Notes under the pieces: generated by a model
Seen by the model: only the letters and a program-made list of their open reading frames with translations
The model's database searches: none
Told to the model about the DNA's origin: nothing
In this document: positions 38,501-52,297 of the stretch, piece by piece
Layout: each line of letters begins with the position of its first letter
How positions within the stretch are numbered: position 1 is the first letter of the stretch
Program-made: the position numbers and the translations under genes
DNA from: Takakia lepidozioides
Lineage: Eukaryota > Plantae > Bryophyta
Assembly: GCA_030704615.1 (NCBI GenBank)
Contig: CM060732.1
Coordinates: 68,634,001-68,698,000 of the forward strand
Direction of reading: 5' to 3'
Length of the DNA stretch: 64,000 nt

Positions 38501-41500
38501 GACTATATGCCAAATTGGAGAAATGTCTTTTCCATCAATGTGAGGTCGAATTTCTGGACTACATTATTTCCGACAAATGCGTCTTTATGGATCAGAAGAA
38601 AATACAAACCATCATCGAGTAGCTTAAACCAACTTCGGTCCGAGATGTACAATGTTTTCTGGGCTTTGCAAATTTCTATAGAATCTTCATCAGTGACTAT
38701 TCCAAAATTGCTGCACCATTGACACGACTCACACTGAAGGACAAATTTGTATGGCCCGACGAGAAGGCTGACCAGGCATTTAAAAGGCTGAAGCAGGCAT
38801 TTACAACGGCTCCAATACTGGTACATGCAGACCCATCTAAACCATTCTTCTTAGAAGCAGATACATCGGACTTTGCATTTGGCGCGGTACTCTCTCAATA
38901 CGGTATAGATGGCCGACTCCACCTTGTTGATTTTCGTTCTCGCAAATTTTCCGCTGCGGAGATCAATTATGAAATCCATGACAAAGAACTTCTAGCGATT
39001 ATCAATGCTTTCAAGGAGTGGCGTCATCAATTGGAGGAGCTAAACATCAGGTCACTGTCTATACCGATCACAAAAACCTCAAATATTTTATGAGTGCTCG
39101 TGTTTTGAATCGACGTCAAGAAAGATGGAGTATGTCACTAGCAAGGTTTGATTTTGTTATTACCTACCGTCCCGGACATCTTCAAGGAAAACCAGATGCT
39201 CTTTAAGGCCATAAGATCGATGTCGCGGTCCCTTCGCTCTAGCACACGTGTCGCAAGATTTTATAAATTCGTTCACGAGTTTCTACATCTGCGGCCACCA
39301 ATAGTCCCTGGATATCAATTCCATTGTTTTGTTGAAGCCGAAATGTCCTACAGCCGGAAGATCATGATATGTTTGAAGAATTCGAAGTCGTGTAGGTCCT
39401 GAAGGTACATAGAGAAGTCCCTTGAAATAAAGTAAGTCATCTTTAAATTCGAAGTCGTTTGTAACATGTGGGTTGTCTCGAGGTCGAATTGGTCGTTCTT
39501 TAGTGCTTCCTGAATCTCCTTTATGATCTCTGCATCGTCATAGGTGGACATAGATAGCATATTCAATTGGAGATTTGCTGGTTTCAAGATGATGGATTTT
39601 TGTTGGTCAAAAGCTGCATCCCCTTCTTTTGGCGCAAGATACGATCACCCATTCCCAATGGTCCATGGTCGTCCGTGTCTATGGACTTTATTACGGACCT
39701 TCCAATTTCCAAGACCACCGACTCAATCCTTATTATTGTCGATCGTTTTATAAACACGACACATTTTATTCCATGTAATAAGACGGTTACCGGCAATGAA
39801 ACTTCAAGACTCTTCCTCAATAATATCTATCGCATTCATGGACTTCCGAAGGACATCGTATCTGATCGAAGACCATAGTTCATATCAAATTTCTGGAGAG
39901 GATTATTTCACATATTGGATACTAAGATAAATCTCTCTACAGCTAATCATCTACAGACTGATGGTCAAACCGAACGTGTAAACCAGATTTTGGAGCAGTA
40001 TCTTTGATGTACAATAAATTGTCACCAAGATAATTGGACGGACCTTCTGTCATTGGCTGAGTTTGCCTACAACAACACTATGCATTCTTCGACCAAGTAA
40101 ACTTCATTTTCTTCCAATTATGGTCATCATCCTCGAGCAAACGCTTTCCACATGAAGACAGTTGGAAGCCCTGCTGCAGAAAACCTTGCTATTCATCTTG
40201 CTACGATTCACAAAGAGCTTACATTCCACCTCGCGGAAGCTCAAAAACAATAAAATGAGTATGCAGATCAACGTCGTCAACTCCAACCCCAGTTCAAGGT
40301 CGGAGGTCGTGTGTGGCTTCTTCGACGAGACATACAAACGTCGCGACCATCAAGGAAGTTGGATTATCAACGCCTGGGACCATTCAAAATTATTCGACAA
40401 ATAAATCCGGTCAGTTTTCGGCTTGAACTCCCACGAAGTATGCGCATCCATCCAGTCTTTCATGTTTCATTATTGGAGTTGTATCATCCATCGAATATTC
40501 TAGGGAGAGTCTCTGTACCACCTCCACCAATCGAAATCAATCAAGACATTGAGTATGAAGTCGACGAAGTCATAGACTCTCGCATCAAGTATAAACGTCT
40601 TGAGTATTTCGTACATTGGAAAGGCTACGACATCAGCGAACGAACGTAGGAACTTTCATCCAATCTCGCCAATGCATCTGACAAAGTCCAAGAGTTTCAT
40701 CAACGATATCCAGCTAAGCCCCGAGTTACACGTCAATAAGACGTCATAACGATGATGTCAGCCAAGTTAGCTTCAAGGTGAAGACTCCACATTCAATGTA
40801 CCTGATATACGCTAAGGATGGAGGAGTACCACACATCAGTATATATAGCTACATTTCCAACACTCTTGCATCTTATTTTGACAGCATGGAGTCATAGGAA
40901 CTAGATATATTGGAGTTGTCGTTTACCCAACTACCAGATCAGCCGTTTCGACTCTCATGACCTTCAACATCACGCCGACGCTCTCGAGACGATGGGCCAC
41001 CAATGCGACGCGTACTTCTTCATCTGGACCCCGTACGACGGCAAGTGGAGCCTACTCCAAGTCTGATAATTCTGTTGGAGGTTGAGGCTTCGGACCCAGA
41101 GGGCAACGAAATCATGTTTGAAGATAGCTTCGAAAATCAGAATGATCAAATCACTACGTGGTCCCAAGTTCAAGGTGTTGGACACTATCGATGGTTGCAG
41201 GGACCTGTAAATTATTTGAGTCAAGAACGAAGAGCCGAATACTTGGCAAGTATCATTCGTCGGATTTTGGATTTTCTCCAACTCTAAGCAAGTCCAAGAT
41301 TTTACCACTCCTTCGAGGAACTCGGCGCTATAAGAGGGGGTGATGTCACAGACATAGCCCAGAGGAACTTACCAGGAGTAAATATCATAAGTTACCAAGT
41401 TATCATGTTATCGGAAGTTACCATGACTTACCGTAATTTAATCTACCATGATTTACCATTACTTATCAAGTTACCGGGGTTTACCAAATTACCAAGAGTA

Positions 41501-41959
41501 ACTTGGGAAACTGCTCAGGAAGCTTCCTTTGGAAGAAACTTCTCCAGCAAGATACCTCTTTTGTTTAAGGAAGTTTCTCCATCAAGAAACCTTTGTTTAA
41601 TCTTGGAAACATCTCCATCAAGAAACCTCTATAGGGAAAGCTTCTGAGGGAAGCTTCTTAGTAGCCAGTATATATAGGAGGCGAGACTGGACACTCTTCA
41701 ATCTCGCCAACACAAGTTCAAGCTACTCTTGTTCCCAGTCCAGTACTCCAGTCCAGCTTCCAATATCTAGTACTCCAGTCGTTTCCAGCATTCCAGTATT
41801 CAAGTCGAGTATCTTGTACTCTTGTCCATTGTTATAAAGATCATCTTGATTCATATTTATTTACCATGCATTCAGCCACGCCGACCTTGACTTCTTGTCT
41901 AGTCTCATACCTCTAGTCTGATCTCTTGTTTGTGTTCTATTATGTTCTCGTCTTTGACA
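35590..41959 (+). mobile_element. Decayed Ty3/gypsy chromovirus, Tcn1-like
   Basis: LTRs at 35590-36227 and 41344-41959, TSD GTGAC (35585-35589 and 41960-41964), PPT AAGAGGGGG before the 3' LTR. The LTRs differ by substitutions and indels. Clade assigned by eye. Confidence 0.95.
36266..40739 (+). pseudogene. gag-pol of the Tcn1-like element (gag, PR, RT, RH, IN, chromodomain)
   Basis: [57 protein letters not shown] and EYEVDEVIDSR...VHWKGY. Many stops and frameshifts. Confidence 0.95.
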
Positions 41960-43160
41960 GTGACAGTGCTTGATGTAGGGGTCCGGTCTGGGGCTGAATG
42001 GCCCTCCCCTGTGGATGTTTCGCAATTCCTTCTCTGATCCAAGGGAACACGTGAGAAGTTGACCCTGTCCGCCCTATGGGAATCTGCATCCGATCCGGGA
42101 GGGGTGTCCAATTTCCGTTTGCAAGACCCGAATCTCTCTTCGTCTTCCAGATGGGGAACTCTACAACGAGAGGGGTGTCATCTGCACATATGCTCACTGC
42201 CCGCGCTATTTTGCTGGGATCCCCCGATCTTCTGGCTGCCCGTAACATCAACTCGCTCATGTCCGGGCCTTTGCCACCAAGGCCACCCCTCAAGAATGAC
42301 CTGTATCTGGTTTGCTGCTGGAGAGCACAGATCAGGTCATCGGCCATGGCTGCATACAAATCTCTTCATTTTTTGCCGGATTGCTACAACCAGGCACTAT
42401 GCACTGTCTCCGCTAGATTGCAAGAAGACATGTCCGTCATCTCCTCAATGGACATATGCTGCAAGGTGCAAAAAGACAAAGCCGATATTAGGATTATGAC
42501 TTTGAAAGACATCTCCGAAGCACCGAAAGGAAGATGAATATAAACCGCTCACCGTTGTCATGGGCACTCCCCACTGTTGGTAACGGAAGTGCCAAAATGC
42601 GAACCACTCTTCCAGTACGCTCATGCTGTCTTCCGATGCCGCTCCAGATGAGTACCACCAGGCACGTGAATTGTTTGGAACAATGTATTCGCTTCCCCCA
42701 TAGTTTTGGCGTCTTTGTACTATTTGCACAGTTGACGATGCATACTTTGCATATCCGGTTTGATGTCTGCCTTTGTGTGTTTGTCCAGGGATTGTGTCCA
42801 ATGGAAAAGACACGTACGTTCTCTTCCACGCATTGGCACTTTTGGATCTCCCGTCCCGAACACAATGCGGACAGCATTGAAGTTTGCTTGAGCACTGTCG
42901 GCCATGAAACCAACAAAATTTGGAGATGGGAGACCATTGGAGGCCATAACGCGAATGAGAGCTTCCCACATGAGCTGCTATGATTCGGTGTCCTCTGACT
43001 GCATGTCACACACTGCAATTGTCATGACTCGTACACAGGGTCGTAAACATGACATGCCATTGTGGTCCAGTCTTTAACCGTCTTCACGTGATCGAACATA
43101 AGGAAGCAATTGCCAAGATTGCCACCCTTCTTCATACGTTTCACCAGGCTGACTCCACTG

Positions 43161-46100
43161 TGTCGCACACCTCGATTCGGTAAACTCCCCTTCAAGTCAT
43201 AGTTACTCGCTTTGATGCGCGCGCCTGACTCCCAACCTGGCCGCCGGGCCAACTTGGAGTTTCGGCTGCTCACCGGGACATAACGGTCCCCTTCCGCTTC
43301 CCTCTAAACCCTCCACCTATTTGGGACTAGGAGAATTCCCTTTGGTAGATGGCAGTCCGGAACAGCTCCCCACTCTTTGGTCGCTTTCCGGCTCGCTCGC
43401 TTACTCACTAGTTTTTGGTCACCAACGGGCTTGCACCGTTCTCGGGGTTACTACTCCCCCTATATATACTTCTGTAGCTGTCCGCGGGGGTTTCATAACC
43501 AGCCATGCCATTTTATGGCGAACCACCACGAAAACCCTCGACTCCCGGTGGTGAGTCGCGGTGAGTCTTGGCCCACTCACCGCGGCCCCAATGGACCGTG
43601 ATGAGTCCCAAGACTCCCCACGACTCCCACCTCGAGGTCTCCACCCCATGGTGAGTCCTATGCCACCCCCACTAAGTCCCACTAAGCTACCACCACCCCT
43701 TGTGGAGCCACCTCCACCGCAACCCGGTGTGCGGGGCTCCACCTAGTGAGCGCCTCCGCCTCCTTGAGTGCCTTGGGCACTCAAGGGTGCTTCAGCCCCC
43801 CATACCTATCGCCGCCGCTGCCCCCACCACAGGGGCAGCCCCTCATGTGTCCCGACCCCCTGCCCTCAAGGCAAAGGGCCGCGACACACACCCCTACCAA
43901 CAGGGAGTCGATGTCCTCATCGACTTGTCCATTTTGTAGAAACGAACATCCAAGTTGTGGCGTCCCACATCAAGGAGTTTGTTTCCGTACCATGGCGTCC
44001 CATGGCAAAGAACCAAACCCCACACTTGACTCCACTCTCCACTAGCTAGTTCGGCCGACTTCCTCCAAGTCCCGGCCAAGGGTGGAGCCTCTCCAGCTCC
44101 TCCCAGTGCACTCTTCTTGGCCTACTTCAAGGCCAAGGAACGATCCTCCCCGAGGATCGAATCGCCTTACTGCAACAACATTGCTTGCGATCGCTCATGA
44201 TGCCGCTTTTGGCATCACCTTGAGCAAGGGTTCACCTGAAACCCTCTTTGACTAGGAAGATAACCTTGAACCAACCGTGCGCCCCAATCACTACAATTGG
44301 GTCCGCCTTGGAATGCTGGCCTGAGGTACGGGAACACGCCGAAGCCGCACTACGACTTCGTCCCGAGGCTACACGATTATAGTACGTGAACGGAAGCACG
44401 TAGCTTCCGCGTTAGCCCGCACTACAAGGCAACCCCCTCGGTAGCGCAGTTATAGTACGCGCACGCGCCAGGTGCGCACTAGCACTTGAACTCCCAAATA
44501 AGGCGCAAGTTTCCTTGCCCCTTGGATGGGAGTCACCCGATTTCGGCACTGCGCAAACACACGATTAACCCAATTTACCTCTCCCACTTTTGTAAGCTAG
44601 CATGCATTCTACACACCAGCCAACCACACCATGCATCACCATTCCAAACACAATAGGACGCACAATATTTGGAACCCATTTCCTTTATCACAAATTTTTG
44701 TACAATACAAGTTTTTGCAATCGGATTCCTGAGCTAGCTAAACCGGGCTAAGCATGCATTTCCTCCCCCACGCTCCAAGGTTGATGTCCCCATCAACGCT
44801 TCTTCCGCTTTTGAGGTCGCCCTTCGAACGCTGCAACTGCCTCGGATGCGTTTCCCATTTCTGAGGCACGCACCCAAGATGCCTCCACAAGATGATAGCC
44901 CTTCCATTTGACGAGATACTCCGTTTCTCGGTTCTTGAACCTCCTCGACTTAAGTATTGCCTCCACCTCGTACTCGGGTTCATTTTCATGATCCAACAGC
45001 ATAGGTGGCGGACGCAACACTTGCTGCCGATTCGGACGTGCTTCATCTTTGAAGTAAGGCTTCAAAAGGGAGACATGGAATACTGGGTGCACCTTGCTGT
45101 TTGCTGGCAGCTCCAATTCATACACATCCTCATTCATAACCCTCCGAATGCGAAAGGGACCCGCATACGGAGGTACAAACTTCGGACTCATTTCCGGAGG
45201 TAGTCGAAAATTCTTGATGTTCAACCAGACCTCTGTGCCTGCCTCAAACTTCACTTCCCTCCGCTTCCGATTCGCCTGCCTTTCATACCGTTTCCTAGCT
45301 TTGGCAATGTTGTACTTTGCGAGCTTCAACAAACGCTCGCGTTCTTCCAGTACCGCCGCTACTGCCGGTTCCTCAACGTCCTGGGCGGCCCAACTTGTCG
45401 GCACCAGAGGTGCTTTTCCATAGACCAACACAAAAGGGGAAACTCCCGTCGCGGAGTGTTCTGTGTTATTATAACAGAACTCTGCCGCGTCTAAGTGTTC
45501 CATCCAGTCTGATTGGTCTGCCGACACGTAATTCCGCAAGAATTGCTTCACTACGGAATTCACTCTTTCCGTTTGGCCGTCCGTCGTAGGTCGGAAGGCG
45601 GTGCTCATCTTCAGCCTCGTCCCCATCTTCTTCCAAAGTGCTCTCCAGAATTTACTCGTAAACTTTGGGTCGCGGTCCGAGACAATATCCTTCGGGACTC
45701 CATGATGCTTTAAGACGTGGGCGAAGTAAAGTCGCCCTGTCTCCTGCGCAGTAGCCGTCTCCTTGGTGGGGATGAAATGGGCCATTTTACTGAACCTATC
45801 TACCACCACCATGATTGCATCGAATCCTTTTGACAGCGGCATAGCAGTCATGAAATCCATCGAGACGCTTTCCCAAGTCCCCTCTGGAATCGGCAAGGGT
45901 TGTAACAGCCCCGCTTGCTTTTTATACTCGCTCCGGTTTTGTTGGCATGTGGTGCATGTCTTTACATACTCCTCTGCCTCCTCCCTCAGTTTGGGCCAGA
46001 AATACTCTTTCTTCAAGAGTGCCGCAGTGCGCTTGGCTCCACCGTGGCCCGCAAGCGGGCTATCATGGCATTCTCTCAAGAGACTATCCCTGATCCCTCC

Positions 46101-49100
46101 CTTTGGCACATAGAGACGTTTTTGCTTATACCGGAGCAGTCCGTTTTGCAAGTGGAACTGCGATTTAACCCCCATTCTCAAGTTCTGCATCACGCACTTT
46201 GCCAGCTCATCCTTCCGGCAAGCCTTCCGGATCTTCCTTTGGAGCGCCGTCTCGCCCTTGTACACCAACAAGAGCTGCTGCTTTCTACTTAAAGCATCGG
46301 CCACCACATTGTCCCGTCCCGGTTTGTACTGGATATCCACGTCGAACACTGCCAAAGTATCTTGCCACCTAAGTTGTTTTGGGGACAACTTGGGCTGCGT
46401 GGCAAAATACTTCACCGTGACATTGTCCGTGAACACCTTCACTGGGTTGGAACCAACATAGTGGCGCCAGAGTTCAAGGCAATGTACCACCGCCTTCATC
46501 TCTTTTTCGTGCGTCGGCCACCGTCGCTCCACTTCATTCAGTTTCTTACTTTCGTAAGCCACTGGACGTCCATCTTGCATAAGTACACCCCCAATTGCGA
46601 AGTCCGATGCATCTGTATGAATCTCAAACGGACGATCGAACTCCGGGATTTTTAAGACTGGAGCTTCCGTCATCCGCTGCTTCAATTCAGCAAAAGCTTG
46701 GCCACAAAATGTGTTCCATACCCAGACTTTGGATTTACACAGAAGGTCCGACAGCGGCCCCGCGATCTTGGCGAAATTTCTCACATACTTCCGGTAATAG
46801 GAGGCGAGTCCTAGGAAGGATCGCACTCCCGGGACCGAAGTCGGAGGCTCCCAGTCCAAGATCGCCCTCACCTTTCTGTCATCCATTTTGATCCCATCCT
46901 GTGTAATCACGTGCCCCAAGAACTCCACTTTTGTGACCCCGAATTCGCACTTTGAAGCTTTGGCATACAGCTTCCCTTCTCGCAATTTTTGGAACACCCT
47001 TTTGAGGTGCTCCAGGTGCTCCTCCTTTGTTTTCGAGTACACCAAGATGTCGTCGATGTACACGATCACAAAGTCATCCAACCACTCCTGGAAAAGGCTG
47101 TTCATCAGCGTGCTAAATGTCGCTGGTGCATTGGTGAGCCCAAAAGGCATCACCAAGAACTCATATGAACCATACCTTGTCCTGCACGCGGTCTTCTCCT
47201 CATCTCCTTCCGCCACCCGAATTTGGTGATAGCCGGAGCGCAAGTCGATCCGGCTGAAATACTTCGCTCCTGCCAACCGATCGAAGAGGTCGTCGATCCT
47301 TGGCAAAGGGTACCGGTTTTTGATAGTCACCTTATTCAGAGCCCTGTAATCGACACACATCCGCAGCGTCCCATCCTTCTTGTCTGCAAATAGCACCGGG
47401 GCTCCGTAAGGTGACTTACTCGGCCGGATGTACCCCTTTGACATTAGATCTTTGAGCTGAGTCTTCAGCTCGACCAACTCTTTGTGGCTCAACCGGTAGG
47501 GCGCCTTGGCAGGCGGTTCCGATCCCGGTATCACCTCAATTTTGTGGTCAACTCCTCTTCGCGGTGGCAAGCCGCTTGGTAAATCCTCCGGCATCACATC
47601 CTGGTATTTCTCCAAAATCCCCTTGATCCAATCTGGGCTCGGCTCCCCATCGCCTTCTCCTTTCACTTCTCTAATGTAAAGCAAAAACTGGGACTCGTGT
47701 GTCTCCTCCACGGCCCACTCCTTTGCTGATAGAAGGTTTATTCGCCCTCCCACGGATTTGGGCGTTTCCGACACTCGTAAAACCTCGCCACCATTCCCAC
47801 ATGGCAGCGTGACTACTCTCTTGCGGCCATCTATGACCGCTCCGGATTTGCTCAAAAAGGTCATTCCCAAAATGAGATCCACTCCATCGATCTCGCAGAT
47901 AGTGAAGTTCTCACGTCCCTCCCAACTCCCCAGTTGAAGAGGAACATCAAACGCCAACCTTGTCGCCAACTGAGGTTCTCCTTTGGCAGAGCGCACCTCA
48001 ATAGAGGCCCCCACGTCACTTGTCGGGAGTCCCAACTTTCGCGCCGCCGCCGGCGTCATGAAGGAGTGCGACGCTCCTGTGTCCACCAACAACGACACAT
48101 TAGTTCCGGATATTATCCCATCCACGAACAATAACTGACTCCCTTTTCGTAAGGCGCCAGTTTCCTGATACAACTCACAAGAAAATTTGCCTACCTTGCA
48201 AGTCCTGGCGACCACCGCTTCCACCAAGCGACTGATGGTATCTTCCGACAGCTCCGTGGTCGCCCGAGTCATGTTCAATTGCCGGGGCTTCGTGCACTTC
48301 TTGGCCATGTGCCCGGGCTCCCCGCAATTGAAACACACTCCATCAAAGGTCGCCTTTTGTCCGCCATAAGTCGCTCCACCCGCTTTTCCTTTCGAAGCAC
48401 CGGGTGCCGCCTTGACGTGTGAGGGACCTCCCTTCGATTTCCACGTGCCATTTTCGCCGCGTGGCCTATCCCACTTCTTTTCCGGTCGGGAGGAGTCACC
48501 TTCCCGCCGGGTCTTCTTGTGGTTCAGCTCCGTACGGCCTTGTCTCTCACCCCTAGGGACATCCGAGAAACATTCAGCTCTCTCAATTGCCTCGTTCAAA
48601 GTCTTGGGTGGCTTCTCCTCCAACTTCCGCCTAGCCCATGGGGCCAGTCCCGCCACAAAGTTGAAGACCATTTCTGGTTCTGCCATGTCCGCGACTTCGA
48701 GCAACAGCACATTGAAAGCCTGGACATACCCCCGAATGTCATCTGTTTGCTTCAAATTCCTCATCTTGTCCCGGGCAAGCCAGGATGCGTTGAGGGGCAC
48801 AAACTGTCTCTTCATCAATTCCTTGAACTCACTCCAGTTCAAGGTTTCCGGGCTTGGGCCTCGGTCGTGAAGGCGTTTCTGCCACCATTGTTGAGCATAG
48901 CCCCTCAAATAGGTGGGAGCCACTTCCACCCGATCCTCGTCACTCAACTTGGCCGCCCGGAAGTACTGCTCTAGCTCCAGGAGCCAGGTGTTGAGTGCCT
49001 TCCGGTTTCGAACGCCCTCGAAGGTGCCGGGTTCCTTAGGCTTCACCTTAAACTTTGCCTTGGTGGAAGTGGCATTAGCCGCCTTCAACACGTCTTTCAA

Positions 49101-50136
49101 CGTCCCGCCAAACTGCGCCAACAACCCTTCCCAAAAGGCTGCCGGCATGGGAGGCATCTCTTGGTTTGTCGGAGCTCTCAAAGATTCCTCGGGCTCCGAC
49201 TCCTCGGATTCCTCCCGCTCCTGAGCGGCCTCGTTTTCGGAAACATTAATCGCTTCCTCAAACGGCCGCCTCGGTGACACGTCGCCCCCATCGGGCTCAC
49301 CGGGGTCATCATCTTTTGGGCCGTTCCGCTTTCGCTTCGGCTTGCCCGACCCCATGATGAGGCCAATCCCAAGGACGATCGCGTACTGAACTCTAAGCTC
49401 TGATACCAAGTGTCGCACACCTCGATTCGGTAAACTCCCCTTCAAGTCATAGTTACTCGCTTTGATGCGCGCGCCTGACTCCCAACCTGGCCGCCGGGCC
49501 AACTTGGAGTTTCGGCTGCTCACCGGGACATAACGGTCCCCTTCCGCTTCCCTCTAAACCCTCCACCTATTTGGGACTAGGAGAATTCCCTTTGGTAGAT
49601 GGCAGTCCGGAACAGCTCCCCACTCTTTGGTCGCTTTCCGGCTCGCTCGCTTACTCACTAGTTTTTGGTCACCAACGGGCTTGCACCGTTCTCGGGGTTA
49701 CTACTCCCCCTATATATACTTCTGTAGCTGTCCGCGGGGGTTTCATAACCAGCCATGCCATTTTATGGCGAACCACCACGAAAACCCTCGACTCCCGGTG
49801 GTGAGTCGCGGTGAGTCTTGGCCCACTCACCGCGGCCCCAATGGACCGTGATGAGTCCCAAGACTCCCCACGACTCCCACCTCGAGGTCTCCACCCCATG
49901 GTGAGTCCTATGCCACCCCCACTAAGTCCCACTAAGCTACCACCACCCCTTGTGGAGCCACCTCCACCGCAACCCGGTGTGCGGGGCTCCACCTAGTGAG
50001 CGCCTCCGCCTCCTTGAGTGCCTTGGGCACTCAAGGGTGCTTCAGCCCCCCATACCTATCGCCGCCGCTGCCCCCACCACAGGGGCAGCCCCTCATGTGT
50101 CCCGACCCCCTGCCCTCAAGGCAAAGGGCCGCGACA
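43161..50136 (-). mobile_element. Intact Ty3/gypsy chromovirus, Galadriel-like
   Basis: 726-bp LTRs at 43161-43886 and 49411-50136, identical by eye, with TG...CA ends. TSD CACTG (43156-43160 and 50137-50141). PBS TGGTATCAGAGC at 49408-49397. PPT GGTAGGGG near 43898-43891. Confidence 0.98.
44793..49355 (-). CDS. Single-frame Gag-Pol polyprotein (~1520 aa) with chromodomain
   Basis: [38 protein letters not shown] integrase and [11 protein letters not shown]...YLVKWKGY. The first ATG after the PBS is at 49355. Confidence 0.95.
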   Translation of the reverse strand: MGSGKPKRKRNGPKDDDPGEPDGGDVSPRRPFEEAINVSENEAAQEREESEESEPEESLRAPTNQEMPPMPAAFWEGLLAQFGGTLKDVLKAANATSTKAKFKVKPKEPGTFEGVRNRKALNTWLLELEQYFRAAKLSDEDRVEVAPTYLRGYAQQWWQKRLHDRGPSPETLNWSEFKELMKRQFVPLNASWLARDKMRNLKQTDDIRGYVQAFNVLLLEVADMAEPEMVFNFVAGLAPWARRKLEEKPPKTLNEAIERAECFSDVPRGERQGRTELNHKKTRREGDSSRPEKKWDRPRGENGTWKSKGGPSHVKAAPGASKGKAGGATYGGQKATFDGVCFNCGEPGHMAKKCTKPRQLNMTRATTELSEDTISRLVEAVVARTCKVGKFSCELYQETGALRKGSQLLFVDGIISGTNVSLLVDTGASHSFMTPAAARKLGLPTSDVGASIEVRSAKGEPQLATRLAFDVPLQLGSWEGRENFTICEIDGVDLILGMTFLSKSGAVIDGRKRVVTLPCGNGGEVLRVSETPKSVGGRINLLSAKEWAVEETHESQFLLYIREVKGEGDGEPSPDWIKGILEKYQDVMPEDLPSGLPPRRGVDHKIEVIPGSEPPAKAPYRLSHKELVELKTQLKDLMSKGYIRPSKSPYGAPVLFADKKDGTLRMCVDYRALNKVTIKNRYPLPRIDDLFDRLAGAKYFSRIDLRSGYHQIRVAEGDEEKTACRTRYGSYEFLVMPFGLTNAPATFSTLMNSLFQEWLDDFVIVYIDDILVYSKTKEEHLEHLKRVFQKLREGKLYAKASKCEFGVTKVEFLGHVITQDGIKMDDRKVRAILDWEPPTSVPGVRSFLGLASYYRKYVRNFAKIAGPLSDLLCKSKVWVWNTFCGQAFAELKQRMTEAPVLKIPEFDRPFEIHTDASDFAIGGVLMQDGRPVAYESKKLNEVERRWPTHEKEMKAVVHCLELWRHYVGSNPVKVFTDNVTVKYFATQPKLSPKQLRWQDTLAVFDVDIQYKPGRDNVVADALSRKQQLLLVYKGETALQRKIRKACRKDELAKCVMQNLRMGVKSQFHLQNGLLRYKQKRLYVPKGGIRDSLLRECHDSPLAGHGGAKRTAALLKKEYFWPKLREEAEEYVKTCTTCQQNRSEYKKQAGLLQPLPIPEGTWESVSMDFMTAMPLSKGFDAIMVVVDRFSKMAHFIPTKETATAQETGRLYFAHVLKHHGVPKDIVSDRDPKFTSKFWRALWKKMGTRLKMSTAFRPTTDGQTERVNSVVKQFLRNYVSADQSDWMEHLDAAEFCYNNTEHSATGVSPFVLVYGKAPLVPTSWAAQDVEEPAVAAVLEERERLLKLAKYNIAKARKRYERQANRKRREVKFEAGTEVWLNIKNFRLPPEMSPKFVPPYAGPFRIRRVMNEDVYELELPANSKVHPVFHVSLLKPYFKDEARPNRQQVLRPPPMLLDHENEPEYEVEAILKSRRFKNRETEYLVKWKGYHLVEASWVRASEMGNASEAVAAFEGRPQKRKKR

Positions 50137-52297
50137 CACTGCCCTCACCTTTTGTAGACATTTTAAATAGGATTACTTTCCTGGCTCCTTGCCCTGGGAA
50201 GACGTTGTCTTGGATGTAGTCGTACATGCTCATTTTATTCAAATCCATAATATTGTCCATATCACCTCGGCTCCCAAAGCCATTCTCAAAGCGTTCACTT
50301 GAATCCTAATGTTTGGAGAAGTCAATGTTGAAAAATGGTCCATAACAATGTCCAAAGATGGTCCCTCCAGTTTTCCTCCAACCGAATCTGATGCACATAG
50401 AATACAGCTTTCCAGAAAAGACTTGCTCGCCCCCATGGCAATTGCAGAAGTGGTTTCAGTTGGATTGGTATCCAACTCTTGCCTTACCAGACGCGAGACT
50501 GTCTCAACACTCTCCTTGTAATCCCCCTTGGACACAGAGTGGTTGTGAAAACCGAAATGGACACAGGCTCCGGTCTGGGTTTTGAATAGGTGCACCACAT
50601 AGTACATTCTGGCGCCACACAATGCAAGGCAGCAAGGTGGTAGCCTACAGAACTTGCACACAAAAGTGTTACTGTATGGTGGTGTCACCCCAGGCTTGAA
50701 TGGATTCTCAGTGACACCATCCCATTCGCTTTGGTTTTGCATACCTAACAGTGCGAAGTGTCTGCATTTCATGTTCTCGCATTTCAGGCGCCCATTACAG
50801 ACTGTTCTCCTGAATATGTGGTTGTCATGGTTGTGAATATTGGAGGTTTTTGTGCGGCATCAAGGGTGTCCATCGTGCTTATTGTCCATTCCTTCCATGA
50901 GACTGGAAATGCCCCCCACTCGTCCCGGAGAGGAATAGAGTGTCGTTCTCCAACCGAAACTACGTTGCGAGCACGTGTTCATGCACCACTGCAAAACCAT
51001 CATCATCCACCTCGTACGAAAATGGCACCGGATGGTCCTCGTTGAAGAAGTCTGCGTCCAGGGAGCCCATGGCCTGGGAGGCCATCTATCAATGTTGCTT
51101 CTAAGTGCAGACTGTACTGGGGTGGAGTTTCCGGGCTGTATGTAAGACGTCCTTACATACAATTGTAGTTGTCGCTTTCGCATATAGGTCTTTAAATGCG
51201 GAACGCCATATCAAACAAATGTGTGGACATGCAAACCAATGTATGGTCAAAGAGTGCCCAAATGCGGAGTGGTGAATGTCAGCCCGAATACCATACCGAA
51301 GCAAGAAGCCAACTGTTTTTCCACATCTGCCCTACCACTGTCTTGGACTTACAAACCCCCAACCAAAATTTGCAATCACATAGCCGCCAATTGGTTGTTG
51401 TGTCAGACATGGCAGTTGAGGTGCCAACTCCCATTCAATGTTTAACGGCAACTGAACAGCTGTACAACTGTATTAACTGCACAGTCCTCCGAAACACCCC
51501 AGAAGTGGATACCCATGAATTAAATTTGCGGATGAGAGGTCGACCCGGACAAAATTTGGTGGATGAGAAGTAAAGGTTTTCCAGCGGTATTGTTAACGGC
51601 AGATTTGACACGTGTCGGCCATGCATGTGGACTATGCATGTGGGCATGTGGACTGTGCATGTGGCGATGCGGACGTTTCCAGCGATCATCTTAGCGTGGA
51701 TGGACCGCCGGTGAACCTCCCGCAGTGCCATTTTTTTCCTTCTTCTCCTTCTCCTCACTGCAACCCTAGATCCTGCCGAGACGCTCACGCCATCCCGTGG
51801 GAGAAGAAGGCGTCGACGAACACTCTATTTCACATCAAACAAGCAAAGGGCACGCGCTAAGGAGAGGATGAAGAAGGCGAGACGGGAACTGCGAATGGGC
51901 GAGGAAACCCCCGACGGAGACGAAGACAAAGAGCTACACCCGAATCTGCAACCACAGTTTCGAGAGGAATGCCTTGAAGTGGTGCCGGAGGCGACCGAAT
52001 AACAACCTGCAATAGAGGGAGGGGACGACGAGGAAAACAGCTGGGCTCGAGAGGAAGCGCTCCGAGAGAAGAAACAAGGCATGAAAGAATAGGGAGGGGA
52101 GGAGGGCGCGGACACGATGTCGTTTTCCGCTGTTTCCCACCACCCGGATCTGCTTGGAAGAATGCTGCCTCCAGACCCCATGGAAAAGACGAACACTGCT
52201 GAAGCATCATCAAGTGCTGCGAAGAAGAAACCAGAGGTTGTAATCAACCCTCATTTGCCTTTTGTTTTTCTTGTCAGTTCAATGCGGGACCGAGAGC

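Larger units (their letters stand above)
34691..51200 (-). pseudogene. MULE/SWIM transposase 2, split into 50137-51200, 41960-43160 and 34691-35589 by two LTR elements
   Basis: N-terminal Cys/His region (DGHP*CRTKTSN...CNGRLKCENMKC...CKFC...HFGFHNH). Core FDHVK...CDMQSED...GFMADSAQANFNAVR...CLFHW. SWIM CTCTDF...CKHLYFVF. The frame is continuous across the CACTG target site (KGEGS/GVSLVKRM). Confidence 0.85.

Noticed and set aside
43195-43208. 14-nt match of the LTR (GAGTAACTATGACT, also at 479-492 and 49445-49458) to a conserved LSU rRNA segment
   Set aside because: Too short, the flanks do not match rRNA, and it is plausibly chance.
49356-49523. N-terminal 56 aa of the 1576-aa ORF, and the 43022-43273 ORF with the same start
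   Set aside because: This is read-through from LTR/PBS sequence. The second ORF is a chance in-frame join of LTR and interrupted transposase.
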